NCBI GenBank assembly: GCA_963813585.1 | Contig: CAWEZL010000001.1 | Coordinates: forward strand, 1,352,512-1,384,511 | Reading direction: 5' to 3' | Source: an uncultured Acidobacteriota bacterium | GTDB taxonomy: Bacteria > Acidobacteriota > Vicinamibacteria > Vicinamibacterales > Fen-181 | DNA: 32,000 nt | In this document: positions 7,072-17,292 of the stretch, in pieces | Position numbering within the stretch: the stretch's first letter is position 1 | Layout of the letters: each line of letters begins with the position of its first letter | Position numbers and translations under genes: made by a program | Notes under the pieces: model-generated | What the model was told of the DNA's origin: nothing | Database searches by the model: none | What the model saw: the letters and a program-made list of their open reading frames with translations, nothing else

Positions 7072-7154
7072 CCCTGCCTTTGCCCGGGCGCGGCCGGCCG
7101 CCGCCGCCGAACGGGCGTGTCGACCGGCGGACCAACCCGCCAGGAGGATCGGGA

Positions 7155-7382
7155 ATGGCTACGTGCCCCGAGTGCGACGCGGACGTGGACCTGGACGAGT
7201 ACGACGTCAACAAAGGTGACCTGTTTACGTGCCCGGAGTGCGGGTCGGACCTCGAAGTGACCAGTGTCTCCCCGGTCGAGCTGGAGGCCGTTGCCGACGA
7301 CGACGAGGAAGAGCTGGACGCAGACGACGAGGACGATCCGGACGACGAGGAAGAAGACGACGAGGAAGAGGATTGGGAATAG
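7155..7382 (+). CDS. lysW: LysW/ArgW-family (amino-group carrier protein-like) zinc-ribbon protein with an extended poly-acidic tail
   Basis: MATCPECDADVDLDEYDVNKGDLFTCPECGSDLEVTSVSPVELEAV has two CPEC knuckles laid out as in Thermus LysW. The C-terminus ends ...EEEDWE (LysW ends EDWGE). The start was chosen at ATG 7155 behind AGGAGG rather than the 7080 ATG of the track ORF. Confidence 0.75.
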   Translation: MATCPECDADVDLDEYDVNKGDLFTCPECGSDLEVTSVSPVELEAVADDDEEELDADDEDDPDDEEEDDEEEDWE

Positions 7383-8239
7383 TGACCGTCGGACCGCCCA
7401 GGGACCCCGGCGACGAGACCGACCCCCTGGTCGAGCGGGAAGCGCGCTTGCGCGCCATCCTCGCCGACCTCGGCTCGGTGGTCGTCGCCTTCAGCGGCGG
7501 CGTGGACAGCGCGTACCTCGCGGTGGCGGCCGCCGACACGCTCGGGGACCGCGCGCTCGCCGTCACCGCCGACAGCCCCAGTTACCCGGCGAGCCACCGC
7601 GAATCGGCGCTGGCCCTGGTCCGGGCCTTCGGCCTGCGGCACGAGATGCTGCAAACCTCGGAGCTGGATCGGCCGGAGTACCGGGCGAACCCGGCCAACC
7701 GGTGCTACTACTGCAAGGACGAGCTGTTTTCGCAGTTGACCGCGCTCGCCCGCGCCCGCGGCTTCTCGACCGTGGCGGACGGGAACAACGCCGACGACCG
7801 TGGCGACTACCGCCCCGGGCGCCAGGCCGCGCGCGAGCACGGCGTGCGCAGCCCGCTCGACGAGGCCGGCCTGTCGAAGGCTGACATCCGTGCGCTGTCG
7901 CGCCGGCGGGGCCTCCCGACCTGGGACCAGCCCGCCTCGGCGTGCCTCTCGTCGCGAATCCCCTACCACTCCGAGGTCACGGTCGAAAAGCTTCAGATGA
8001 TCGAGCGCGCGGAGGACGTCCTGCACGCGTTCGGGTTCAGGCAATGCCGCGTCCGCCACCACGGCGAGGTGGCGCGCCTCGAGCTGCCGCCCGGCGAGAT
8101 GGCGCGCGCGCTCGCGGACGACGTGCGCGAAGAACTCGTCCGGGAGTTGAAGGCGATCGGGTACCGCTACGTGAGCCTCGACTTGCAGGGGTATCGGCAG
8201 GGCAGCCTCAACGAGGTGTTGATCCTCCGTCCGGCCTGA
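7382..8239 (+). CDS. larE: LarE-family PP-loop ATP pyrophosphatase / sulfurtransferase (TIGR00268-like)
   Basis: PP-loop VVAFSGGVDSAYLA, NRCYYCKDELF, DYRPGRQA, ASACLSSRIPY (aligns with the Cys176 region of L. plantarum LarE), VRHHGEVARLEL and GYRYVSLDLQGYRQGSLN. The GTG start overlaps the lysW-like stop (TAGTG). The part of the track ORF upstream of 7382 overlaps lysW out of frame and is rejected. Confidence 0.85.
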   Translation: MTVGPPRDPGDETDPLVEREARLRAILADLGSVVVAFSGGVDSAYLAVAAADTLGDRALAVTADSPSYPASHRESALALVRAFGLRHEMLQTSELDRPEYRANPANRCYYCKDELFSQLTALARARGFSTVADGNNADDRGDYRPGRQAAREHGVRSPLDEAGLSKADIRALSRRRGLPTWDQPASACLSSRIPYHSEVTVEKLQMIERAEDVLHAFGFRQCRVRHHGEVARLELPPGEMARALADDVREELVRELKAIGYRYVSLDLQGYRQGSLNEVLILRPA

Positions 8240-8412
8240 GCGTCGCGCCGCGCCGCGAGCGATCTTCGCGCCCGCCCGGTCCGGTTTCCTTTGACAGTGC
8301 TGCGGCGATCAACATAAGCTGAAGCGCGTCCAACCCGCCCCCGGCTCCGGGCTTCGTCCGTGCTCCCCCGATACCGAAACATAAGCCGCGCGCGGTTGGC
8401 CGTCGAGGAGAT

Positions 8413-8991
8413 GTGGAGATGAACCGTTTCGCTCGGTACCTGGTCGTTGCCGGGACCGTTGCCGTGGTCGGCCTCGGATCCGCCGGCTGCAAGAAGCAGG
8501 CGCCGGAGACGGCACCGCCGCCGCCGCCGCCCGCCGCGACGCCCGCACCGCCCCCGCCGCCGCCCCCGCCGCCGCCCCCACCGCCGCCTCCGCCCGCCCC
8601 GCTGACGGAGGAGCAGATCTTCGCCAAGAAATCGCTCGACGAGTTGAACGCCGAGAGGCCGCTAGGCGACGCGTTCTTCGACTACGACAAGTACGACCTG
8701 AAGGACGAGGCGCGCGGCGGGCTGCAGAAGAACGCGGACTGGCTGAAGAAGTGGACCTCGACGAAGATCACCGTCGAGGGGCACTGCGACTCGCGAGGGA
8801 CCGCGGAATACAACCTCGCCCTGGGCGAACGCCGCGCGAGCTCGGTGAAGGACTACCTGGTGAGCCTCGGCGTACCGGCCGACCGGATCCTGGTCATCAC
8901 GAAGGGGAAGGAACAGCCCTTCTGCTCCGAGGAGACCGAGACCTGCTGGGCGCAGAACCGCCGCGGCCACTTCATCATCACGGCGAAGTAA
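8413..8991 (+). CDS. pal: Peptidoglycan-associated lipoprotein Pal (OmpA-family C-terminal domain)
   Basis: Signal peptide with lipobox LGSAGC, a Pro-rich linker, and an OmpA-like domain (VEGHCDSRGTAEYNLALGERRASSVKDYL...NRRGHF). An alternative start at ATG 8419 has better spacing from the GAGGAG at 8405-8410. Confidence 0.92.
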   Translation: MEMNRFARYLVVAGTVAVVGLGSAGCKKQAPETAPPPPPPAATPAPPPPPPPPPPPPPPPPAPLTEEQIFAKKSLDELNAERPLGDAFFDYDKYDLKDEARGGLQKNADWLKKWTSTKITVEGHCDSRGTAEYNLALGERRASSVKDYLVSLGVPADRILVITKGKEQPFCSEETETCWAQNRRGHFIITAK

Positions 8992-9013
8992 CCGGGCAGG
9001 GCACGGACGCAAC

Positions 9014-9053
9014 AAGGGGTGCAGGCCAGCGGCTTGCGCCCCTTTTCTGTTTT
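9014..9053 (+). terminator. Rho-independent terminator after pal (possibly bidirectional, since pyrF converges here)
   Basis: 10-bp stem AAGGGGUGCA (9014-9023) paired with UGCGCCCCUU (9035-9044), including one G-U pair. It is followed by the U-rich tract TTCTGTTTT (9045-9053). Confidence 0.65.
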
Positions 9054-9081
9054 CCGAAGGGGAAGGCGAAGGGCCCGGCCG

Positions 9082-9801
9082 TCAGCGAGCGGCCGACGCC
9101 TCTTCCGCGATCCGCAACGCCGCCTCGCGCGGGTCGGCCGCCTCGATGATCGGCCGCCCCACCACCAGGTAGCTCGCGCCGGCGGCCAGCGCCGCCGCCG
9201 CGCCCAGCGTCCGCGCCTGGTCGTCGGCGCGCCCTCCCGGCGCGGAGGCTCCGCGGATGCCCGGCGTCACGATCACGAACCCCGGGCCCCGGCGCTGCCG
9301 CAGCAGGGCCGTCTCGCGCGGCGAGGCCACGACGCCGTCGAGCCCGGCTCGCTCGGCGAGCGCGGCCAGCCGGTCCACCTGGTCGTCCACCCGCGCCGGC
9401 ACGCCGACCTCCTCGATCGCGGCCTGGTCGAGGCTGGTCAGCACGGTGACGCCGATGACGATCGGCCGGTCCCGCCCCGTGTCGGCGGCGGTTTCCGCGG
9501 CCGCCTTCGCGGCCGCTCGCATCATCGCGCTCCCGCCCGAGGCGTGGACGTTGAGCATCCAGACGCCGAGCCGCGTCGCGGCGGCCACGGCGCCCGCCAC
9601 CGTGTTCGGGATGTCGTGGTACTTCAGGTCGAGGAACACCCGGTGCCCCTCGCCGGCCAGCGCCCGCACGAAGTCGGGCCCCTCGGCCGTGAACAGGCGG
9701 CTGCCGACCTTGAAGGCCCCCACGGTTCCCGCCAGCCTGGCCGCCAGGGCCCGCGCCGCGGCCGCCGTTCCGACGTCGAGGGCGACGATCAGTTCCTTCA
9801 T
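9082..9801 (-). CDS. pyrF: Orotidine 5'-phosphate decarboxylase
   Basis: [10 protein letters not shown]..., [13 protein letters not shown] (catalytic DxK...D) and C-terminal YLVVGRPI. The start at ATG 9801 overlaps the pyrD stop (ATGA). The longer 446-aa track ORF is rejected. Confidence 0.92.
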   Translation of the reverse strand: MKELIVALDVGTAAAARALAARLAGTVGAFKVGSRLFTAEGPDFVRALAGEGHRVFLDLKYHDIPNTVAGAVAAATRLGVWMLNVHASGGSAMMRAAAKAAAETAADTGRDRPIVIGVTVLTSLDQAAIEEVGVPARVDDQVDRLAALAERAGLDGVVASPRETALLRQRRGPGFVIVTPGIRGASAPGGRADDQARTLGAAAALAAGASYLVVGRPIIEAADPREAALRIAEEASAAR

Positions 9802-10724
9802 CGCGAGTCCCCGATTTGCAGCGAGCCCACCAGGTCGGCCACCCGCGGGATGTCGTGCCGCTCGAGGTACGAGCGCAGGCCGGCCTCCAGCTTCCCCCAG
9901 ATGAACGGGTCCACGAAGTTGGCGGTCCCCACCTGCACCGCCGTCGCGCCGGCGATCAGGAACTCGAGGACGTCGGCCGCCGAGGAGATCCCGCCGACCC
10001 CGATCACCGGGATCTTCACGAGCCGCGAGCACTCGTACACCATCCGCACCGCGATCGGGCGGATCGCCGGGCCGCTCAGGCCCCCCATGACGTTCGAGAG
10101 CTTCGGCCTCCGCGTCTCGACGTCGATCGCCATCGCGAGGAACGTGTTGACCAGCGACACGGCGTCGGCCCCGGCCTCCTCGGCCGCCGCGGCGAACGAG
10201 GCGACGTCGGTCACGTTGGGGGTCAGCTTCGGGATGATCGGCAGGCTCGTCGCCCGGCGCACGGCCGACACCACCTGGTGCGTGCCGGCCAGGTTGCACC
10301 CGAAGGAGATGCCCCCCTCCTTGATGTTCGGACACGAGATGTTCAGCTCGAGCGCGGCGATCCCCTCGGTGTCGGAGAGCACCTTCGACACCTCGACGTA
10401 CTCGTCCACCGTGGTCCCGCACACGTTGACGACCACCGTGGCCCCGAGCCGCCGCAGCTCGGGCATCTTCTCGCGAACGAAGCGATGCACGCCGATCCCC
10501 TGCAGGCCGATCGCGTTCAGCATGCCCGCCGGGGTCTCGACGATGCGCGGGGGCCGGTGCCCGTCCCGCTCGCCCAGGAACAGCCCCTTGACGACGACGG
10601 CGCCGAGGCTCGAGAGGTCAACCACGTCCGCGTATTCCACGCCGTAGCCGAAGCAGCCGCTCGCCGACATGAGCGGCGTCTTCAGGCGCAGCGACCCCAG
10701 CTGGACCGAGAGGTCTATTCCCAC
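9798..10724 (-). CDS. pyrD: Dihydroorotate dehydrogenase, class 1B catalytic subunit
   Basis: [25 protein letters not shown] (active-site Cys), [12 protein letters not shown] and [16 protein letters not shown]. The GTG start at 10724 overlaps the pyrK stop by 10 nt. The 531-aa track ORF extension is rejected. Confidence 0.93.
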   Translation of the reverse strand: MGIDLSVQLGSLRLKTPLMSASGCFGYGVEYADVVDLSSLGAVVVKGLFLGERDGHRPPRIVETPAGMLNAIGLQGIGVHRFVREKMPELRRLGATVVVNVCGTTVDEYVEVSKVLSDTEGIAALELNISCPNIKEGGISFGCNLAGTHQVVSAVRRATSLPIIPKLTPNVTDVASFAAAAEEAGADAVSLVNTFLAMAIDVETRRPKLSNVMGGLSGPAIRPIAVRMVYECSRLVKIPVIGVGGISSAADVLEFLIAGATAVQVGTANFVDPFIWGKLEAGLRSYLERHDIPRVADLVGSLQIGDSR

Positions 10725-11527
10725 AGCACCTCGTCTCCCCTGAGGACGGGCCCCTCGATGCACGTCCGCGCGTAGCGGCTGCCGCCCTCCGGCGTCTTCA
10801 CGCGGACGACGCAGCTGTAGCAGCCGCCCATGCCGCACCCCATGTGCCGCTCCATGGCCAGCTCGGACGGCCGGTCGAAGCGGGCGGCCAACCCGCCGAC
10901 GGCCTTCAGCATCGGCTCGGGGCCGCAGGCGTAGATCATCACCGGCCGCTCCGGCGGCAGGCCCTGGAGGGCCGCCTCGAGCGGCACGGTCACGCGGCCG
11001 CGCTCGCCCAGGCTGCCGTCCTCGGTGGCGATCACCACGTGCGCGCCCGGTTTCTCGAATCGGTCGAGGCAGAAGATGTCGGAGGCCGACCGCCCGCCGT
11101 AGAAGAGCGTCATCGGCACGCCGCGCGTGGCGAGATCCTCGGCGAGCGCCGCGAAGGGGGCGAGACCGACGCCTCCGGCGACCATCCACGCCTCCACGGG
11201 CGGCGCCACCGGGGTGAAGGGGCGGCCGAGCGGGCCGAGGCAGCAGAAGTGCGCGCCGGCGCCGGCCTCGTAGAGGAGCCCCGACCCGACGCCGACCCGC
11301 TTGTTCAGCAACGTGAAGCCCGAGGGCCGACCTTCCGCGTCGCGCACGAGGTCGAAGACGGAGTACGGACGGCGCAGGAGCGGGGCGTCGCACCGGGACG
11401 CGCGGACCATGACGAACTGGCCGGGACGGGCGAGCGCGGCCAGCTCGGGGGCCAGCAGTTCCAGCACCGAGTAGCCGCCGGGCAGGCGGGTGTTGGAGAC
11501 GACCACGGCCTCGACGTCAACCGGCAT
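10715..11527 (-). CDS. pyrK: Dihydroorotate dehydrogenase electron-transfer subunit (FAD/2Fe-2S)
   Basis: RRPYSV flavin-binding motif, GGVGLAPF nucleotide-binding motif, and a C-terminal Cys cluster MGCGMGGCYSCVV...CIEGPV. It lies directly upstream of pyrD. Confidence 0.92.
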   Translation of the reverse strand: MPVDVEAVVVSNTRLPGGYSVLELLAPELAALARPGQFVMVRASRCDAPLLRRPYSVFDLVRDAEGRPSGFTLLNKRVGVGSGLLYEAGAGAHFCCLGPLGRPFTPVAPPVEAWMVAGGVGLAPFAALAEDLATRGVPMTLFYGGRSASDIFCLDRFEKPGAHVVIATEDGSLGERGRVTVPLEAALQGLPPERPVMIYACGPEPMLKAVGGLAARFDRPSELAMERHMGCGMGGCYSCVVRVKTPEGGSRYARTCIEGPVLRGDEVLWE

Positions 11528-11562
11528 GGCCCCGAGTATATCAATGCTACTATCCTGCGCGG

Positions 11563-13314
11563 ATGCGCTACCTTCGGATGTTCAGCAACGCGGCGATCGC
11601 CGCCGCGCTGGGTGCGGTGTACCTGGCGGTGTTGACCCTGCAGCTCAACCCGATGGTTCCGCTGTACCCGATGAACCTGGCCGGGCTCCTCCTCACCCTC
11701 GGCCTGTACTACGGCGTGCACTTGGCGGCGCTCTTCTACGGCGTGATCGTCTTCCGCCAGATCCTCTCCTCGGACGGCTTCTCGCCCGGCTGGATCAGCC
11801 TGCGCGTGCTCTCGTGGCTGCTCGTGCTCGACGCGGGCGGGGCAGCCGCCCTCATGTGGCTGAACCTGCTCGCGTACGCGCCGATGTTGCGGCTCGAGAC
11901 GGCGCAGCGAATGGCGGCCGGCGCCGCCGTCCTCACGGTGTGCGCCCTCCTGTTCCTGGGCGTCGCGCTCGCGCACTATACCTTCGGCCGCCGCCGCGGG
12001 CGCGTCGGCGGCACCGTGGTCGTGCTCGCGCTGCTGGCCTCGCTCGCCGTCCCGCTGGCGGTGCGGGGGCCTGGTAGCTCGCTCCCCCTCTTCTCGAGGC
12101 CGCTCGACGTGGACATCGGGATCGAGCGGCCGGCGCACGGCGGGCGGGTGGTGATGGTGCTGCTCGACGGCGGCTCGCTCGACTTCGTGTCCAGCGCCGC
12201 GCTGGCCGGGCGGCTGCCCAACTTCGGGCGCATCCTCGACCGCGGCGCCGCCATGCACGTCAACACGCACCGGCCGACGCAACCCGACCCCGTGTGGACG
12301 GCGGTCGCGACGGGGAAGCTGCCGTGGAAGACCGGCGTCAGGTCGGCGGCGCGCTACGAGGTGCGGCTCGCGCCCGACCGCCTCGAGCTGCTTCCGGAGA
12401 GCTGCTTCGCGCAGGGGCTGATCACCTACGGGCTGGTCGGCTCGATGCCCCACGACGCCGGGTCGCTGCGCGCGCGGCCGCTCTGGAGCATCCTCGCCAC
12501 GGCCGGCCTCACCACCGGCGTGGTGAACTGGCCGCTGACCTACCCGGCGCAGCCCGTGCGGGGCTACCTCGTGAGCGACCGGTTCTACCGTCCTGGCGAC
12601 GCCTGGCTCGAGCCCGAGGACCCGTCGGCGATTTACCCCGTGGGCCTCTTTCCAGCCGCGCGCCTGGCCGGCGACCGGGCGCGCCGTCTCGCCGGGGCCT
12701 CGACCGTCGCGGAAGTGGCCGGGGGGGTGGACGGCGGCGGGGACGAGCCGGCGCTGAGCGACCGGATGTACGAGGAGATCTCGCGCGGCCTGCAGGAGCA
12801 GTTCCGGCCGCACCTGTCGGCCGTGCGCTTCCGCCAGCTCGACCCGGCCGGCCACGAGTTCCTGCGCTACGCGATGCCGGCCGCCTTCGGCGACGTCACC
12901 GCGGAGGAGCGGCGGCGGTACGGCCAGGTGCTCGAGCTGGCGTACGCGCGCGTGGATGCGATGGTGGGCCGCCTGATGGCCACGCTGGGGGAGGAGGACC
13001 TGCTGCTGGTCGTCTCCGGGTACGGGATGGAGCCGCTGCCGATCTGGAAGCGCGCCGTCGAGCGCGCGATCGGCAACCCGCGCCTGTCGGGGACCCACGA
13101 GAACGCGCCGGACGGGTTCCTGCTCGCCTACGGCTCATCGGTGTCGCCGGGGCGCAAGCGCCGCGCGTCGGTCGTCGACGTGGCGCCGACGGTCCTCTAT
13201 TTCCTCGGCCTCCCGGTGGGCCGCGACATGGACGGCTTCGCCCGCACCGACATCTTCGTGCGCGACTTCGTCGAAACCCGCCCGATCGCCTTCATCCCCA
13301 CCTACGAGCGCTGA
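11563..13314 (+). CDS. Membrane-anchored alkaline phosphatase / nucleotide pyrophosphatase (AlkP-core) family protein
   Basis: About 160 N-terminal residues form 4-5 hydrophobic helices. They are followed by AlkP-superfamily motifs: [13 protein letters not shown] (metal-binding Asp), [29 protein letters not shown] and [12 protein letters not shown]. The substrate is unknown. Confidence 0.8.
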   Translation: MRYLRMFSNAAIAAALGAVYLAVLTLQLNPMVPLYPMNLAGLLLTLGLYYGVHLAALFYGVIVFRQILSSDGFSPGWISLRVLSWLLVLDAGGAAALMWLNLLAYAPMLRLETAQRMAAGAAVLTVCALLFLGVALAHYTFGRRRGRVGGTVVVLALLASLAVPLAVRGPGSSLPLFSRPLDVDIGIERPAHGGRVVMVLLDGGSLDFVSSAALAGRLPNFGRILDRGAAMHVNTHRPTQPDPVWTAVATGKLPWKTGVRSAARYEVRLAPDRLELLPESCFAQGLITYGLVGSMPHDAGSLRARPLWSILATAGLTTGVVNWPLTYPAQPVRGYLVSDRFYRPGDAWLEPEDPSAIYPVGLFPAARLAGDRARRLAGASTVAEVAGGVDGGGDEPALSDRMYEEISRGLQEQFRPHLSAVRFRQLDPAGHEFLRYAMPAAFGDVTAEERRRYGQVLELAYARVDAMVGRLMATLGEEDLLLVVSGYGMEPLPIWKRAVERAIGNPRLSGTHENAPDGFLLAYGSSVSPGRKRRASVVDVAPTVLYFLGLPVGRDMDGFARTDIFVRDFVETRPIAFIPTYER

Positions 13315-13374
13315 CGCGCGATCACGATCCTGGTCCCGATCCCGGAGCGGTCGGGGCCGGGGCGCGGGGCTGCG

Positions 13375-13383
13375 TGGTATACT
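13375..13383 (+). promoter_or_regulatory. Extended -10 promoter element TGGTATACT for the pyrR-pyrB-pyrC operon
   Basis: TG (13375-13376), one nt, then TATACT (13378-13383), in a GC-rich context. The predicted TSS near 13390 coincides with the 5' base of the hairpin annotated below. Confidence 0.4.
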
Positions 13384-13388
13384 TCGGC

Positions 13389-15044
<1,656 letters not shown>

Positions 15045-15061
<17 letters not shown>

Positions 15062-16376
15062 GGGCGGGCGGGTCGTCGACCCCTCGCAGGGGCTCGACGC
15101 GGTTGCCGACATCCTGATCGAAGACGGGCACATCGCTTCGATCGACTCAGGGGCGGGCGCCGGCGTCGAGGTGGTCACCGTCCCGGCCGGCTGCATCGTC
15201 TGCCCGGGGTTCCTGGACATGCACGTGCACCTGCGCGAGCCGGGCCAGGAGCACAAGGAGACGATCGCCACCGGGACCGCGGCCGCCGCCGCGGGCGGCT
15301 TCACCGCGGTGGCCTGCATGCCGAACACCGACCCCGTCAACGACAGCGCGAGCGTCACCGGGGCGATCCTCACGAAGGCCGCGGCCGGCGGGCACGTTCG
15401 CGTCTACCCGATCGGCGCGATCACCAAGGGGATGAAGGGCGAGCAGCTGGCCGAGATCGCCGACCTCAAGGCGGCCGGCTGCGTGGGGGTCTCGGACGAC
15501 GGGCGGCCGGTGCAGAGCGCGATCATCATGCGCCGCGCCCTCGAGTACGCCTCGATGCTCGGCCTGCCGGTCATCGACCACTGCGAGGAGCCGACGCTCA
15601 AGGGCGAGGGGACGGCCCACGAGGGCTACATGGCCTCGGTGCTCGGCCTGCGCGGCATCCCCGCCGCCGCCGAGTCGATCATGGTCGAGCGCGACATCGC
15701 CCTCGCCGAGATGACCGGCGGCCGGGTGCACATCGCGCACCTCAGCACGCGCCAGGCGCTGCGCGCCGTTCGCGCGGGTCGCGAGCGCGGCGTGCGGGTC
15801 ACCTGCGAGGTGACGCCGCACCACTTCACCCTCACCGACGCACGGCTGGCCGACCCGATCCCCTACGACACGAACCTGAAGATGAACCCGCCGCTGCGCG
15901 AGCCCGCCGACCTGGACGCGCTGCTCGAGGGACTGCGCGACGGGACGGTCGACGTGATTGCGACCGACCACGCGCCGCACCAGCCCGACGAGAAGCACGT
16001 CGAGTTCGATCGCGCCCCGTTCGGCATCATCGGCCTCGAGACGGCGGTGCCGCTCGCGCTCGACCGCCTCGTCCGGCCGGGCGTCGTCACCCTGGCGCGG
16101 CTGATCGAGCTGCTGTCGGTCAACCCCGCGCGCATCCTGGGCGTCGCCGGGGGCACCCTGAAGGCGGGCGAGGCGGCCGACATCACCGTGATCGCGCCCG
16201 ACGTGTCCTTCACCGTGGACGTCGCCCGTTCGCGGTCGAGGTCGCGGAACTCCCCGTTCCACGGCTGGAGCCTCACCGGCGCGGTGGCCGCCACCATCGT
16301 CGGGGGCCGGACGGTGTACGTGAACGAAGTGGTGGAGGGCGCGGCCGGGCTCGAGTCGGCGGCGGCGCGGGCGTAG
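15045..16376 (+). CDS. pyrC: Dihydroorotase (multifunctional-complex / allantoinase-like type)
   Basis: [14 protein letters not shown] (HxH metal site), HIAHLST and VIATDHAPH. It overlaps the pyrB 3' end by 17 nt. Confidence 0.93.
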
Positions 16377-16482
16377 CGATGGGCCGGCGGGCGCCGCGGC
16401 TGGCCGGGGACTCGGGCCAGCCCTGGATGGTCTCTACGCGTCGTTCGATCGGATCGACGCGGCGACCGATCCGATCCAGGCG

Positions 16483-17292
16483 GTGCGCCGGTTCGACCGG
16501 GCCGCCGACCAGGAGGTCGCCGGCTTCATCGCGGCCAGCCTGGCGTTCGGCCGGGTGGCCAGCGTCATGCAGTCGATCGGGCGGGTGCTCGACGTGCTCG
16601 GGCCGGCACCCGCCGCGTTCCTCCGCGCCTTCGATCCCGTCCGCGACGGCCGGGCCCTGTCGGGTGTCGTCCACCGCTGGACGCGCGGGCCCGACTTGGT
16701 CGCGCTCCTGCTCGTCCTGCGCCGCATCCTCGAGCAATCCGGATCCATCGAGGCGTTCTTCGCCGAGGGCGACGACCCAGCCGCCCCCGACGTCGCGCCC
16801 GGCCTCGAGTCGTTCTCACAAAGAGCGCTCGCGACCGATCTCTCCCCCGCGTACGGACTCGTGCCGGCGCGCCCCGGCGCCTGGTACTTCTTCCCGCGCC
16901 CCTCCAGCGGCAGCGCGTGCAAGCGGCTGAACCTGTTCCTCCGGTGGATGGTGCGCCGCGACCGGGTGGATCTCGGCATCTGGCGGACGCCGGCGCCCGC
17001 GCGGCTCATCGTCCCGCTCGACGTGCACCTCGTCCGGATGGGGCGCTGCCTCGGGCTCACGCGCTACCGGGCCGCGGGGTGGAGGATGGCACAGGAGATC
17101 ACCGCATCGCTGCGCCAGGTCGATCCCGTCGATCCGGTGCGCTTCGATTTCGCCCTCTGCCACCTGAGCATGCGGGGGGACTGCGCTCTCAGCCGGCCGG
17201 GCGCGGGCCCTGACTGTCCCCTGCGAGGGTTCTGCCGGCCAGCAGCCGCTCGTACGCGGCGGCGGTCTCCGACACCATCCGCTCGGCGCTGA
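16483..17292 (+). CDS. TIGR02757 (DUF2400) family protein; the 5' end is probably mis-framed and the likely true start is ATG 16379
   Basis: Family-typical EVAGFIAASLAFGRV..., WYFFPRPSSGSACKRLNLFLRWMVRRD, VPLDVHL and a C-terminal Cys-rich end CPLRGFC. Family-like sequence (LDGLYASFDRIDAATDPIQA) continues in frame upstream of the first ATG/GTG/TTG (see findings). Confidence 0.75.
   Translation: MRRFDRAADQEVAGFIAASLAFGRVASVMQSIGRVLDVLGPAPAAFLRAFDPVRDGRALSGVVHRWTRGPDLVALLLVLRRILEQSGSIEAFFAEGDDPAAPDVAPGLESFSQRALATDLSPAYGLVPARPGAWYFFPRPSSGSACKRLNLFLRWMVRRDRVDLGIWRTPAPARLIVPLDVHLVRMGRCLGLTRYRAAGWRMAQEITASLRQVDPVDPVRFDFALCHLSMRGDCALSRPGAGPDCPLRGFCRPAAARTRRRSPTPSARR

Noticed and set aside
6977-8062. 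361-aa minus-strand ORF with a long poly-Ser run, antisense to the lysW-like and larE-like genes
   Set aside because: The poly-Ser run is simply the reverse complement of the GAC/GAG/GAA acidic tail. The rest is low complexity, and the forward-strand genes have strong motif support.
8291-8386. TTGACA at 8291-8296 with ATAAGC/TAAGCT 17-18 bp downstream, and a duplicated AACATAAGC motif (8311-8319, 8378-8386) upstream of pal
   Set aside because: It is plausible as a pal promoter or regulatory site. However, the -10 is poor and the 9-mer duplication could be chance, so it is noted here and not asserted.
8208-8627. Minus-strand ORF with a poly-Gly run
   Set aside because: It is the reverse complement of the Pal polyproline linker and not an independent gene.
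11305-13098. 597-aa minus-strand ORF opposite the AlkP-family gene and pyrK
   Set aside because: Arg/Pro/His-rich shadow ORF that overlaps two well-supported genes.
13315-13374. Possible terminator hairpins after the AlkP-family gene (CCCGA..TCGGG) and after the larE-like gene (CGCGAG-CGATC-TTCGCG at about 8262-8278)
   Set aside because: The stems are short (5-7 bp, with bulges) and are not followed by a U-tract, so they are too weak to report as features.
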